DNA of 64,000 nucleotides from Candidatus Kaiserbacteria bacterium (GCA_963699165.1 OY969413.1:596562-660561); one strand, 5' to 3'. Shown: positions 27,148 to 36,912, numbered from the stretch's first letter. Program-made: numbers and translations. Notes: a model not told the origin generated them from the sequence alone.

Positions 27148-28110
27148 AACCGTATTTTACAAGGTTGGATTAAAGAATAAAAACTATGGACACTGCGTTC
27201 CTGCACCCAAGAGAGAGGACGACGTTGCGGCCCTGCCGGTCGAGTCAACGCACCAATATACAGTCCCCGCAGGTGCGTTGAGTTGCGCCTGAATGGCGTA
27301 AGCCGATCCGGTGCTGTTACAGTCAATGTAACGGCTGTTTGAAAGGTTCACCGCGGCATTGACGGCGTTCTTAATAGTAGTGTCGGTCCACATACCTGTT
27401 GTGGTTGGGCACGAAGGAGCGGTGTTGGAGGTAGCTGCGCCATAGGAGTTTGCTCCGGTACCGCCATAGTAAATTTCCGCCTGGGTCTGGATGGTATTGA
27501 GGTCTGATTCTAGGCCTGCGTCGTTTCCTTTCGAACGTGCAGTACTCAAGGATGCGAGCACGACCGCCGAGAGAATGCCGATGATGGCGATGACGACGAG
27601 GAGTTCGATGAGCGTAAAGCCGCGTTGTTCTTTCATAACCGTATTTTACAAGGTTGGATTAAAGAATAAAAACTATGGACACTGCGTTCCTGCACCCAAG
27701 AGAGAGGACGACGTTGCGGCCCTGCCGGTCGAGTCAACGCACCAATATACAGTCCCCGCAGGTGCGTTGAGTTGCGCCTGAATGGCGTAAGCCGATCCGG
27801 TGCTGTTACAGTCAATGTAACGGCTGTTTGAAAGGTTCACCGCGGCATTGACGGCGTTCTTAATAGTAGTGTCGGTCCACATACCTGTTGTGGTTGGGCA
27901 CGAAGGAGCGGTGTTGGAGGTAGCTGCGCCATAGGAGTTTGCTCCGGTACCGCCATAGTAAATTTCCGCCTGGGTCTGGATGGTATTGAGGTCTGATTCT
28001 AGGCCTGCGTCGTTTCCTTTCGAACGTGCAGTACTCAAGGATGCGAGCACGACCGCCGAGAGAATGCCGATGATGGCGATGACGACGAGGAGTTCGATGA
28101 GCGTAAAACC
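26980..28110. repeat. tandem duplication, 489-bp unit (pilin gene plus spacer)
   Basis: ORFs 27002..27292 and 27491..27781 are identical; the conserved 5' pilin block occurs three times (about 26980, 27469, 27958). Confidence 0.8.
27184..27636 (-). CDS. type IV pilin paralog B
   Basis: N-terminal 66 aa identical to paralog A; divergent C-terminal region. Confidence 0.8.
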   Translation of the reverse strand: MKEQRGFTLIELLVVIAIIGILSAVVLASLSTARSKGNDAGLESDLNTIQTQAEIYYGGTGANSYGAATSNTAPSCPTTTGMWTDTTIKNAVNAAVNLSNSRYIDCNSTGSAYAIQAQLNAPAGTVYWCVDSTGRAATSSSLLGAGTQCP

Positions 28111-28131
28111 TTTGGAACGATTGTTAATCAT
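27673..28131 (-). CDS. type IV pilin paralog B' (tandem duplicate with different leader)
   Basis: mature region identical to paralog B; leader MINNRSKGF instead of MKEQRGF; start at ATG 28129-28131. Confidence 0.75.
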   Translation of the reverse strand: MINNRSKGFTLIELLVVIAIIGILSAVVLASLSTARSKGNDAGLESDLNTIQTQAEIYYGGTGANSYGAATSNTAPSCPTTTGMWTDTTIKNAVNAAVNLSNSRYIDCNSTGSAYAIQAQLNAPAGTVYWCVDSTGRAATSSSLLGAGTQCP

Positions 28132-28222
28132 AAATAATATGTAATACGTGGCTAATGCACGAATTGTAATCCATCCGCACCACAATAGGTGCGGATAACG
28201 GCAAGAGGTGTGGATAGCGCCC

Positions 28223-29428
28223 TTAGATGGCGCCCGCGAGGTTGTAAATAGGAATGAGAATCGCCGCAAGGAGGATGCCGACGCCGAGACCGAGGAGAAC
28301 AATCATGACCGGTTCGATGAGACCGACAAGCGTGTCCACGGCAGTACTGACTTCACGGTCGTAAAAGCGCGCGAGCGTCGTGAGAATCTTGCCGAGTTCG
28401 CCCGATTCCTCTCCGACTTTTATCATAGCTACAACAATGCCCGGAATCTCGGGATGCCGGCCAAATGCGTCCGAAATCGACGCACCGCCTTTCACATCCA
28501 CTCCGACTCGGGACAGCACATCCGCGTAGACCGCATTTCCGGTGACCGATTTTGAGATATCCAGCGCCTCGACAACCGAAACGCCCGAAAGAATCATGGT
28601 GGAAAAGTTGTCCGTGATACGCGCAAGATACAGCTTCTGGTACAAATCGCCGATATACGGGACTTCGAGCTTTACTCTATCGAGCACAATCTTTCCCCCT
28701 TCCGTTTTCCCGAGCCGCCACAAATAGAACATGAAGGCAAGGAGTGCAATGAGCAGGAAAATCCCGTATTGCACGAGAAAATTCGAGAAACCGATGACGA
28801 TGCCGGTGAAAAACGGCACCTGCTGGCCGGAGTCCGTAATTACGGCGTCGATTTTTGGGATAACGAGCGTAAGCATCAGGGTCATGACGGCAAAGAACAC
28901 CGCAACGACAAAAGCCGGGTAGATAAGAGCGTTCTCGGCTTTACTGACCAGATTGTACGAACGATCGAGGTAGTCGGCCAGGTAAATAAACGTCTCGGAA
29001 AGCTTTCCGGATTCTTCTCCGGCATGCACCATGTTTACATAAAACGGCGAAAATACCTGCGGATGTGCGGCAAGCGCCTTGCTGAGCGGGGCGCCTCCCT
29101 GGATGTCATCGCCGACTGCGGAGAGAACGTCCGCGAGGTTTTTATTTTCAACGTCGCCGGCGAGCAGGCGAAATACGCGAAGCGCCGAGACCTGCGCATC
29201 AAAAAGCGTCGCAATCTGCCGCGATACGATAACGATGTCTTTATTCGGAATATGATTAAAGAGCGGAATGTCGACATTCATCGCCGAACGTTTTTCGGCG
29301 GATTCGATGGACGAAATGATGAGGTTGCGGCGCTGGAGCGCGGAGACGGCAATGTCTTTCGAGGGCGCTTCAACGGTCCCGTCACGCTCGTGTCCGTCTT
29401 GGTCTATTGCGTGATATTTGAAAAGCAT
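28223..29428 (-). CDS. pilC: type IV pilus assembly platform protein (GspF family)
   Basis: two GspF repeats, three TM segments. Confidence 0.85.
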   Translation of the reverse strand: MLFKYHAIDQDGHERDGTVEAPSKDIAVSALQRRNLIISSIESAEKRSAMNVDIPLFNHIPNKDIVIVSRQIATLFDAQVSALRVFRLLAGDVENKNLADVLSAVGDDIQGGAPLSKALAAHPQVFSPFYVNMVHAGEESGKLSETFIYLADYLDRSYNLVSKAENALIYPAFVVAVFFAVMTLMLTLVIPKIDAVITDSGQQVPFFTGIVIGFSNFLVQYGIFLLIALLAFMFYLWRLGKTEGGKIVLDRVKLEVPYIGDLYQKLYLARITDNFSTMILSGVSVVEALDISKSVTGNAVYADVLSRVGVDVKGGASISDAFGRHPEIPGIVVAMIKVGEESGELGKILTTLARFYDREVSTAVDTLVGLIEPVMIVLLGLGVGILLAAILIPIYNLAGAI

Positions 29429-29431
29429 AGG

Positions 29432-30493
29432 TTAGAGATAATGCTCGAATGTTTTCGGGTCCATCGCATGCTCGTATGCGTGTTCAACGGTTATTTCGCC
29501 GCGGCGGGCTAGGTCCGCGAGCATGCGGTCCATGTCAATCATGCCTTCCTGCGATGCGGTCTGAATGACCGCATTTATTTCCTGCGTCCGCCGGTCGCGA
29601 ATGAGCGTGCTTACGGCATTGTTGTTGATAAGCAATTCATATGCCGGAATGAGGCCGCCCGACACGCGCGGAACGAGGCGCTGCGAAAAAATGCCCGCCA
29701 AACTTCCCGCGAGCTGCACGCGCACCTGATCCTGCTGTTCGGCCGGAAACATGTCGATGATGCGGTCGATGGTCTGCGCGGCGTCGTTGGTGTGCAGCGT
29801 CGAAAGGACAAGGTGTCCCGTTTCGGCGGCGGTTACCGCCGAAGAAATGGTCTCATAGTCGCGCATTTCCCCCACCATGATGACGTCCACGTCTTCGCGG
29901 AACGCGCTTTGGAGCGCCGTATGGAAGTCGGGCGCATCGATATACACCTCGCGCTGGTGGATGAGCGATTTTTTCGGCTCGAAGATGTATTCAATCGGGT
30001 CTTCTATGGTAACGATGTGCTGGGCGCTCGAGCTGTTAATGCTGTCAATCATCGTCGCAAGCGTTGTCGATTTGCCCTGCCCCACGGGACCGACGACAAG
30101 AAAGAATCCTTGTTTATGCTGAGTAAATACCTCAAGCACGGGCGGGAGATTAAGTTCGGCGAAACTCCGGATGGCGTGCGGCACGAGACGAAGCGCGAGC
30201 GCGGTCATTCCCTGCGCACGAAAGCCGTTTACGCGGAACCGTCCGCTGTCTCCGTGCGCATACGAAAGGTCGATGGTTTGATTTGCCAGGAACAAATTCC
30301 ACCGGTTGGGCGGCACGATGCTTTTCAGCATCGCCTCGGTTTCTTCCGAGGTAAGCGCGGGATACCTGCTGAGCGGAATCAATTCGCCCGAGATGCGAAT
30401 CATCGGCGAACCGCCCGCGAAAATATGCAAATCCGAACCGCCCTGAGCGATGACAACATCGAGAAGTTCTGAAAGTCGTTTGTCGGCAGACAT
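29432..30493 (-). CDS. pilT: type IV pilus retraction ATPase
   Basis: GGSDLHI N-terminus, Walker A GPVGQGKST, PilT-length 353 aa. Confidence 0.85.
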   Translation of the reverse strand: MSADKRLSELLDVVIAQGGSDLHIFAGGSPMIRISGELIPLSRYPALTSEETEAMLKSIVPPNRWNLFLANQTIDLSYAHGDSGRFRVNGFRAQGMTALALRLVPHAIRSFAELNLPPVLEVFTQHKQGFFLVVGPVGQGKSTTLATMIDSINSSSAQHIVTIEDPIEYIFEPKKSLIHQREVYIDAPDFHTALQSAFREDVDVIMVGEMRDYETISSAVTAAETGHLVLSTLHTNDAAQTIDRIIDMFPAEQQDQVRVQLAGSLAGIFSQRLVPRVSGGLIPAYELLINNNAVSTLIRDRRTQEINAVIQTASQEGMIDMDRMLADLARRGEITVEHAYEHAMDPKTFEHYL

Positions 30494-30508
30494 AGTGTGT
30501 AATTAATT

Positions 30509-30901
30509 TTATTTCTCCGAACCGCCCTCGATAATGCGTATGGTCTCCGCAAACACCTCCGACGGAATGGCGGACGCCTTCGTGATGTATCCGTCGGCGG
30601 AAAGATTTTTCGCCTTCTCGATATCTGAATCCTGGCCCTGGTTTGAAAGAATGATTATCTTCGCTCCCTGCGCCAGACGCTCTTTCCGCACCGCTTCAAG
30701 CGTTTCAAAACCGGTCATCCCGGACATAATAACATCAATAAGCACGGCATCCGGCACCGCAGCACCCTCTTTGCGAAGAGCGGCGAGCAAATCCTCTCCG
30801 CCGCCGAAGATGCTTACTTCGTGACCGGCGTTTTTAAATTTTATCGAATACAAATCGAGGAGAAATTTGTCGTCATCAACCAAGTATATGCGATAGGACA
30901 T
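30509..30901 (-). CDS. single-domain CheY-like response regulator
   Basis: receiver domain (DD...D phospho-acceptor context, KIIILS...K). Confidence 0.7.
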   Translation of the reverse strand: MSYRIYLVDDDKFLLDLYSIKFKNAGHEVSIFGGGEDLLAALRKEGAAVPDAVLIDVIMSGMTGFETLEAVRKERLAQGAKIIILSNQGQDSDIEKAKNLSADGYITKASAIPSEVFAETIRIIEGGSEK

Positions 30902-30978
30902 TGCGTTCAGTATACCGAGCGCAGACCGATTGGCATATAACCGTTATCCCCTGCCGCAGGCGCGGGCGATGCCGCGAA

Positions 30979-32745
30979 TCAAGCCGCTTCCTCCTCGGGG
31001 AAAAGTTCGCCGCCGAGCGTGTTGACCTCCTCGAAAGGAATTTCACCCGCGAGCGCCTTCAATATCGCATCTTCGCGCATGGTAATCATGCCTTCCTCGC
31101 GCGCCGCGGCATAAATCTTCTCTTCGATGGGTTCTTTGAGCAGCACCTGTTCGACATTTTTAGTCATGCGCAGTATTTCAAATACGCCCGTCCGGCCCCG
31201 CACGCCGGTCGGACATGTCTCTGTCGGACTCGCGTGATACAACTCTTTAAACGGCGGAAGTTTTGCGCGGTATTCGGCCGGCAAGTCGGCAAATTGCCGA
31301 TCCAAAAGCCCTTTGATGCTGTCGTCAATCGGAAAGGGCTTGCCCGCACCTTCGCACAGTTTCCGAACGAGCCGCTGTCCGATGACCGCCACCAAGGTCG
31401 GCGCAATAAGATACGGGTCGACGCCCATATCGATGAGGCGCGGAATCGCACCCGCCGCGGTATTGGTGTGGATGGTGGAAAACACGAGGTGCCCGGTGAG
31501 CGCCGCCTGCACGGCAAGCACGGCCGTTTCCTTGTCGCGAATCTCGCCGACCATGATGATGTCCGGGTCCTGGCGCAAAATCGAACGGAGTCCGCTCGCA
31601 AACGTGTATCCTATCTCGGGCCGCACCTGGCTTTGCGCAACGCCGGCAATTTCATATTCGACCGGATCTTCAAGCGAAACGACGTTTGCCGTCTCGCGAT
31701 CCAAACTGGAAAGCATGGCATACAGCGTCGTCGATTTTCCCGAACCGGTCGGACCCGAAAGAAGAATGATGCCGTACGACGCCTTCACCATCTCGCGGAC
31801 TTCGACAAGCTGCGCTTCGTTCAGTCCGACCGAATCGAGCGTCGCCGAAACATCCGACTGGTCGAGAATACGCATCACGACCTTCTCGCCGAATTCGGTC
31901 GGAAATGTCGACACGCGGAAATCAATGCGCCGCTTATCGACCATGGCGGAAAAGCGTCCGTCTTGCGGTTTCCGGCGCTCGTCGAGGCGGAGTTTTGCGA
32001 GAATTTTGATGCGCGCAACGACCGCATCGTGCACTTTCGCCGGAAGTTCGAGCGAGGTATGCAAATCGCCGTCCAAACGGAACCGGACTCTCGTTTTCGT
32101 CGGCATCGGCTCGATGTGCACATCGGATGAATGTCCTTCGATGGCGTATCGCAAAATACTCGACACGATTTTTGTGACCGGCGCGTCTTCTTTCAGCGTT
32201 TCGCTCGGGCCGGTTAGATTGAGCGTCTCCTCCAGGATGGCCTCGGAAGCGGTTGTCGTTTTTGCCGCCGCCGATGGTTTTGCAACCGTCTCGTATTCGG
32301 AAAGGGCTTTCCCGACCTCGCCGGAGATATTTTTATACGCATCAAGCACCCGTTCTAAGTCCTCATTCGTAATGAGAACGATTTTGTACGGCATGTCGAT
32401 TTTCCCCGAGATGAATTGCAGCGCGTCAAACGCCTCGATGTTGTCCGGGTCGACGATGCCGACTTCAAGCGCGCCGTCCGCAATATCGAGCGGCACAAAG
32501 CCGTAATGCCGCGCCGAATCAAGCGGAATATAGCTCAGCACCTCTTCGGAAACCGGCGGTTCTCCGAGAATGCGCGTCGGAAGTCCGTAAATCTTTCCCA
32601 CCTCGGCGAGCGCATTTGCAAGCGAGACCCCATGCGCCGAAAGAGCATCGGCGAGCGGATGCCGCTGCTCGATTTCCGATTCGACCGCCGCCCGGTCTTT
32701 TGCGGGAAGAATGCCTTTTTCAACGAGCAAGCCGAGGAAATTCAT
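30979..32745 (-). CDS. pilB: type IV pilus assembly ATPase (GspE family)
   Basis: N-terminal GSPII domains, Walker A GPTGSGKST, tetracysteine-less CPR-like variant. Confidence 0.85.
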   Translation of the reverse strand: MNFLGLLVEKGILPAKDRAAVESEIEQRHPLADALSAHGVSLANALAEVGKIYGLPTRILGEPPVSEEVLSYIPLDSARHYGFVPLDIADGALEVGIVDPDNIEAFDALQFISGKIDMPYKIVLITNEDLERVLDAYKNISGEVGKALSEYETVAKPSAAAKTTTASEAILEETLNLTGPSETLKEDAPVTKIVSSILRYAIEGHSSDVHIEPMPTKTRVRFRLDGDLHTSLELPAKVHDAVVARIKILAKLRLDERRKPQDGRFSAMVDKRRIDFRVSTFPTEFGEKVVMRILDQSDVSATLDSVGLNEAQLVEVREMVKASYGIILLSGPTGSGKSTTLYAMLSSLDRETANVVSLEDPVEYEIAGVAQSQVRPEIGYTFASGLRSILRQDPDIIMVGEIRDKETAVLAVQAALTGHLVFSTIHTNTAAGAIPRLIDMGVDPYLIAPTLVAVIGQRLVRKLCEGAGKPFPIDDSIKGLLDRQFADLPAEYRAKLPPFKELYHASPTETCPTGVRGRTGVFEILRMTKNVEQVLLKEPIEEKIYAAAREEGMITMREDAILKALAGEIPFEEVNTLGGELFPEEEAA

Positions 32746-32751
32746 TACGTG

Positions 32752-33069
32752 TCAGTTTCCGGTTTGGCTTTTCATGGCCTGTCCCGGGAACGGAGCGAAC
32801 GGATCTGTACGGCCGGATGCTTCGGGAGCAATCGGCGTTGCGAGGTCGGTCAAAGACGTAAAGCGGGGATCCGAAAAGATGCTCGTGTCGAATTTAATCG
32901 ACTGCAATTCGCCGACCAGCGACTTGAATTGGTCTTGCGCGCCGGTATCCGTCGTAGTCGTCGTGAGCGGCGGCTGGTTGCCGGTCTGAAGGAAAAAATA
33001 CCAATACGCGCCGGCAGCGATAACCAGCGTGATCACAACGAGGACTATGGAATTGATATCGAGTTTCAT
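32752..33069 (-). CDS. small membrane-anchored protein (possible PilP-like)
   Basis: position between pilO-like and pilB; one TM helix. Confidence 0.35.
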   Translation of the reverse strand: MKLDINSIVLVVITLVIAAGAYWYFFLQTGNQPPLTTTTTDTGAQDQFKSLVGELQSIKFDTSIFSDPRFTSLTDLATPIAPEASGRTDPFAPFPGQAMKSQTGN

Positions 33070-33076
33070 AGCAATA

Positions 33077-33607
33077 TTAATGCAACCAATAAATGCGTAC
33101 CTTCAATTGGTAGGTGTACACGCCGGTGTCCGAGCCCTTTACATCCACCTCCTGAACGTCGAGAAGCCGTTCGCTGTGTTCGATTCCGTTGAGGAATGTC
33201 TGAAAAGCGGTATAGCTGCCGCTCACCGAAAGCGACATATCGACCGAACCGAGCGGATTAGTATCCGCAGCGGTACTCGGGGGACCGGAAGAATCAACGT
33301 CGATATTCGACAATGCTACTCCCGAGCGCGCTGCAAGCGCATTCAAATCGAGAATGAGCCGCACATTGTCGACTGAATCGGGAAGAAACGTGGCCAGACG
33401 CGAAAGATTATCGGGGTCGATTGCCGACTGTGCCTGAGCAAGCGCATCCTGTTCCTTGTTGTATTCGCTTGCGGCGGCAAGCGCCTCATCGTCAGAAGCA
33501 ATAGCGGCTTTTTCAGTCGCTATCGGGCCCGACCATGTCGGTCCGACATACGCGAAAATCACGCAGAGACCGATGACGAATGCCGGAATGGGGAGAGCTC
33601 GGTTCAT
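33077..33607 (-). CDS. PilO-like pilus assembly protein
   Basis: TM anchor, coiled coil, position after pilN-like. Confidence 0.5.
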   Translation of the reverse strand: MNRALPIPAFVIGLCVIFAYVGPTWSGPIATEKAAIASDDEALAAASEYNKEQDALAQAQSAIDPDNLSRLATFLPDSVDNVRLILDLNALAARSGVALSNIDVDSSGPPSTAADTNPLGSVDMSLSVSGSYTAFQTFLNGIEHSERLLDVQEVDVKGSDTGVYTYQLKVRIYWLH

Positions 33608-34266
33608 GGCGAGGTTGAAGTCGCGGCCGGAGTGCTTGACGCCGCAGCAGCGGCTGCGGTTGCAGCAGCGGCCGGCGCCGCGTTTCCGGAATACGCCACA
33701 ATCTTAGGATCAAGCGAGGCCGACAAATCGAACGAAACGGTATTGTCCACGTCGTTAATGGTTATTTTTGAAAAGATTGCGTCCTTGATGCGCGGGTCGG
33801 TTGCAAATGCCGTGGAAACGACGGCAAGGGCGTTGAAACTTTTTGCGACGCCCGAGCCCGAAATTACCGGAGCGCCGGAGGTTGTGTCAAAGGAGATGCC
33901 CAGCGAGGAAAAGCGGACATTTTCCGGAAGCATCGGTCCGATGGCCGCGAAAAAGTTCGAAAACGCGACGTGTTTGTCCAAAAGCGACTCGCCGACGGTG
34001 AGCCGGTCGCGCAAATGCACAAAACTTTCCACCGTCGGCAGGTCGATTTTTGACTCCGCCTGCGCCAAATCGGCATCTTCCTTTGCCTGCTGCCGCGAAA
34101 GAATTTGACCGTAGATAAAAACGCCGGTGGCGAGCACAATCGAAATAATAAAAATGAAATAGGCGAAATAACTCAGGAGTCCGAAAAGATTTGACGACGA
34201 CCGCTGAACCCTCATACCCGAAGGATGCGGGACGAACGATGTCGGTATCGTTGGTGGGAGAGCCAT
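33604..34266 (-). CDS. PilN-like pilus assembly protein
   Basis: TM anchor, coiled-coil region, overlaps pilO-like by 4 nt; Ala/Thr-rich tail. Confidence 0.5.
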   Translation of the reverse strand: MALPPTIPTSFVPHPSGMRVQRSSSNLFGLLSYFAYFIFIISIVLATGVFIYGQILSRQQAKEDADLAQAESKIDLPTVESFVHLRDRLTVGESLLDKHVAFSNFFAAIGPMLPENVRFSSLGISFDTTSGAPVISGSGVAKSFNALAVVSTAFATDPRIKDAIFSKITINDVDNTVSFDLSASLDPKIVAYSGNAAPAAAATAAAAAASSTPAATSTSP

Positions 34267-34334
34267 TTCCGTTAAGTATACTCTACTCGCGCAAGCATTC
34301 TGCGCCGTGCATGTGCACTATGTGCATAGTGCCG

Positions 34335-35438
34335 TTAAATTTCATCCAGCTTGCGGAGCGCAAGACCGACGGCGACCGCGAACTCGGGACCGATTTCTTG
34401 CAGGACGGGCCGCATGAACGCGGGCGCCTCGGTTTTCGAGAACGGGTCCGCAACATGCACGTCAATCGAGAAGGTGTTCTTCGCGTATACGCCGAGTTCT
34501 TTCGTAACGCCGCCGCCGCCCGTGAAAATAATCGAGGTCACGGACTTTTTATGCGCCGTCTCGTACTGGATAAGCACGCGCCGGACTTCCGAGAAAATGC
34601 GCGAAAACACCAGTTCAAAACTCTCGATTTCATCGCTGCCGGCCATTCCTTCCCTCTTCTTCAGCGCCTCGGCCTGAACGATGGAAACGTTTTTCGATAC
34701 GGAAATCGCATGCGTAATGTCCTGGCTGCCAACGCTTATGGCATGCGAAAGCGCGACGACGCCATGTTCCACAACGTAGGTCTTCGTCGATGCGGCGCCC
34801 ACATCGATGACGATGACCGGTTTAATCGGATCCTCGACCACGGCGCGAATGGTGCTGAATATCTCTATTTCAAAAAAGCTTGCCGAAAGGCCGGAACCCG
34901 AAACGACGCTTTGGAGCAATCCGAGTTCGTCGTTATGCACCGCGACGAGCAACACTTCGACCGTTTCCGGCTTTTGCACAGCTGATTTCGGGACCGTTGC
35001 GTCTTGCGAAAACTGCGCCGGTTCCGCGTTCGGCACGACGAACCAATCGAGCTGCACCTCGCTCACCGGCACCGGAATGTATTTCCGCGCTTCAAGCTCG
35101 ATGACGGTCTTTTGCTCTTTCGGGTCTTTGCGGTACGGCAGCGTGACGAGCGTAAGGAGCGAACGCGCAAACGGTATCGAAACTCCGCAGCTCGTCGTCG
35201 TTACCTTTGATTCGCGCAAAAGGTCTTTGAGCGTTTCGGTGACTTGTTCGGTCGTAAGGTTTGTCGCCTGTCCGACCTCGAATCCGCCGTACGGTCCGAG
35301 TGCGAGCTCGCCGTATGTTTCGAGCACCGCTTTGCCGCGCTCTTTGCGCAACTGAACGACTTTGAGTGATGAGGAACCGATGTCGACGCCGAGAACGCTC
35401 TTTTCCTTTTCTTTAAAAAGATTGCCTAGGAAAGACAT
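34335..35438 (-). CDS. pilM: type IV pilus assembly protein PilM (actin-like ATPase fold)
   Basis: VLGVDIGSSSLKVV sugar-kinase/actin N-terminus. Confidence 0.8.
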   Translation of the reverse strand: MSFLGNLFKEKEKSVLGVDIGSSSLKVVQLRKERGKAVLETYGELALGPYGGFEVGQATNLTTEQVTETLKDLLRESKVTTTSCGVSIPFARSLLTLVTLPYRKDPKEQKTVIELEARKYIPVPVSEVQLDWFVVPNAEPAQFSQDATVPKSAVQKPETVEVLLVAVHNDELGLLQSVVSGSGLSASFFEIEIFSTIRAVVEDPIKPVIVIDVGAASTKTYVVEHGVVALSHAISVGSQDITHAISVSKNVSIVQAEALKKREGMAGSDEIESFELVFSRIFSEVRRVLIQYETAHKKSVTSIIFTGGGGVTKELGVYAKNTFSIDVHVADPFSKTEAPAFMRPVLQEIGPEFAVAVGLALRKLDEI

Positions 35439-35452
35439 GAGACAATACTACC

Positions 35453-36077
35453 ATGTGGTCATTGCAAAATTGTATTGATTTCCTCTTTCCGCCGCGGGAC
35501 GGCGAGTTGGCGCTGCGGGAATTCCCCACCGACGGGTTCTCCGCCCTCGTTTCTCCGTACATCGTACCGTTCACGAGTCCGGAAACGACCGCTCTGCTCG
35601 AAATCGCGCATCCGGTCGTGCGCGGCGCGCTCCATGAAGCGAAGTATCACGGAAACGAGAAAGGATTCAGCGTATTGAGTACCGCGCTCGCGGAGTATTT
35701 GCTTGACTTGGATACGATTGAAAAAATCTCGCGGGTTTCTCTCGTTCCCATCCCGCTTGGAAACAAGCGCCGAAAAAAAACGCGGATTTAATCAGACGGA
35801 GGAAATTGCGAATCGCGCGGCAAAACTTGCCGGATGCACCGTTGACCGGGCCCTTTTGATTCGAGCGCGCGAAACCGCTTCGCAGGTGTCGCTTCCAAGG
35901 CGCGAACGCGAAAAGAACATGCGCGGCGCCTTCGGCGCCGCGCACCCCGCCGACCCCTCCCGCACCTACATTCTCATCGACGATGTCGTCACCACCGGCG
36001 CAACGCTCCAGGCGGCCATCGATGCCCTCAAAGCCGCCGGAGCACGCCATATCATCCCGCTCGCCCTCGCGCATTAA
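35453..36077 (+). pseudogene. comF: ComF-family phosphoribosyltransferase, split in two frames at an A8 run
   Basis: PRTase motif ILIDDVVTTGATL in ORF 35703..36077; upstream half in ORF 35453..35791; removing one A from the A8 tract at about 35772-35779 joins LGNKRRKK to RGFNQTEEIA. Confidence 0.65.
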
Positions 36078-36240
36078 ATTTGATATTGTAGCCGTTAACG
36101 GAGACGTGGCTATGAAATATGAACTGCTTCATATTTCATCTGGTTCTGCCTTATGGCAGAACCGACCGTTGCCCCGGAAAGGGGGCAGGTCGGAGGGAAG
36201 CCAGGCGAAGCCACGTCTCCGATGGAACGAAGTGGAATAC

Positions 36241-36327
36241 GGAGACGTGGCTGAGTGGTCGAAAGCACCTCGCTGCTAATGAGGCAGGGGAGAAATCCTC
36301 TCGTGGGTTCAAATCCCACCGTCTCCG
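36241..36327 (+). tRNA. tRNA-Ser (anticodon GCU), class II long variable arm
   Basis: acceptor GGAGACG/CGTCTCC, 3-bp D stem, anticodon loop CUGCUAA, T-loop GGGTTCAAATCCCAC; CCA not encoded. Confidence 0.85.
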
Positions 36328-36328
36328 C

Positions 36329-36371
36329 AAAAATAACGAGCAAGACGCGAAGCGTCTTGCTCGTTATTTTT
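36329..36371 (+). terminator. rho-independent terminator
   Basis: aaaaataacgagcaagacgc-gaa-gcgtcttgctcgttatttttg perfect 20-bp stem. Confidence 0.8.
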
Positions 36372-36689
36372 GCGGTGAGATATTAGACTTTGCTCGAACC
36401 CACTTCGCACGCGCGGAGCGCGTGGTGGCTTGAAACTGCCTCGTACGCTCCGATTGCATGGGGAAACGAACCGATGCGCCTCGGACACGCTCGCGGACTC
36501 GCGTGTGCAAAAATCAAAAAATTTCCTTGCATTTTTCTCGCGCCTCCTCCCCCCACCCCTCCACCGCGAAGCGGAAAAAGAAATGGAAAGGAAATTTTTG
36601 GTTTTGCTTCGCCGTTATCATAAATCCAGTTTATCACAATAATCTAAAATGGTATATTCCACTTTCGACTATATTATGTTAATATCTAT

Positions 36690-36908
36690 ATGTCGAAGAA
36701 ATACCAAGCAAAATATCAAAAACTTACCGCAAAACTCCGTTCCGCTCGCCAAGAGGCAGGTTTAACGCAAGTAGAAGCAGGAAAACTATTGAAGAAACCT
36801 CAAGCGTATATTTCCAAGATAGAGCGAGGCGAGCGCGGAGTTGATGCGATAGAATTAGCAGAGTTTGCGAAGGTCTACAAAAAAGACATTAACCATTTTA
36901 TAAAATAA
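36690..36908 (+). CDS. XRE-family HTH transcriptional regulator
   Basis: LTQVEAGKLLKKPQAYISKIERGER Cro/C1-type HTH; AT-rich. Confidence 0.7.
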   Translation: MSKKYQAKYQKLTAKLRSARQEAGLTQVEAGKLLKKPQAYISKIERGERGVDAIELAEFAKVYKKDINHFIK

Positions 36909-36912
36909 CAAT

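Noticed and set aside
26980-28110. Regularly spaced repeats that could be mistaken for a CRISPR array
   Set aside because: The repeat unit is 489 bp and protein-coding (a pilin gene duplication), not 25-40 bp repeats with unique spacers. No cas genes are present.
35983-36433. ORFs overlapping the tRNA-Ser region
   Set aside because: They overlap a clear tRNA and hairpin structures and have no coding signal.
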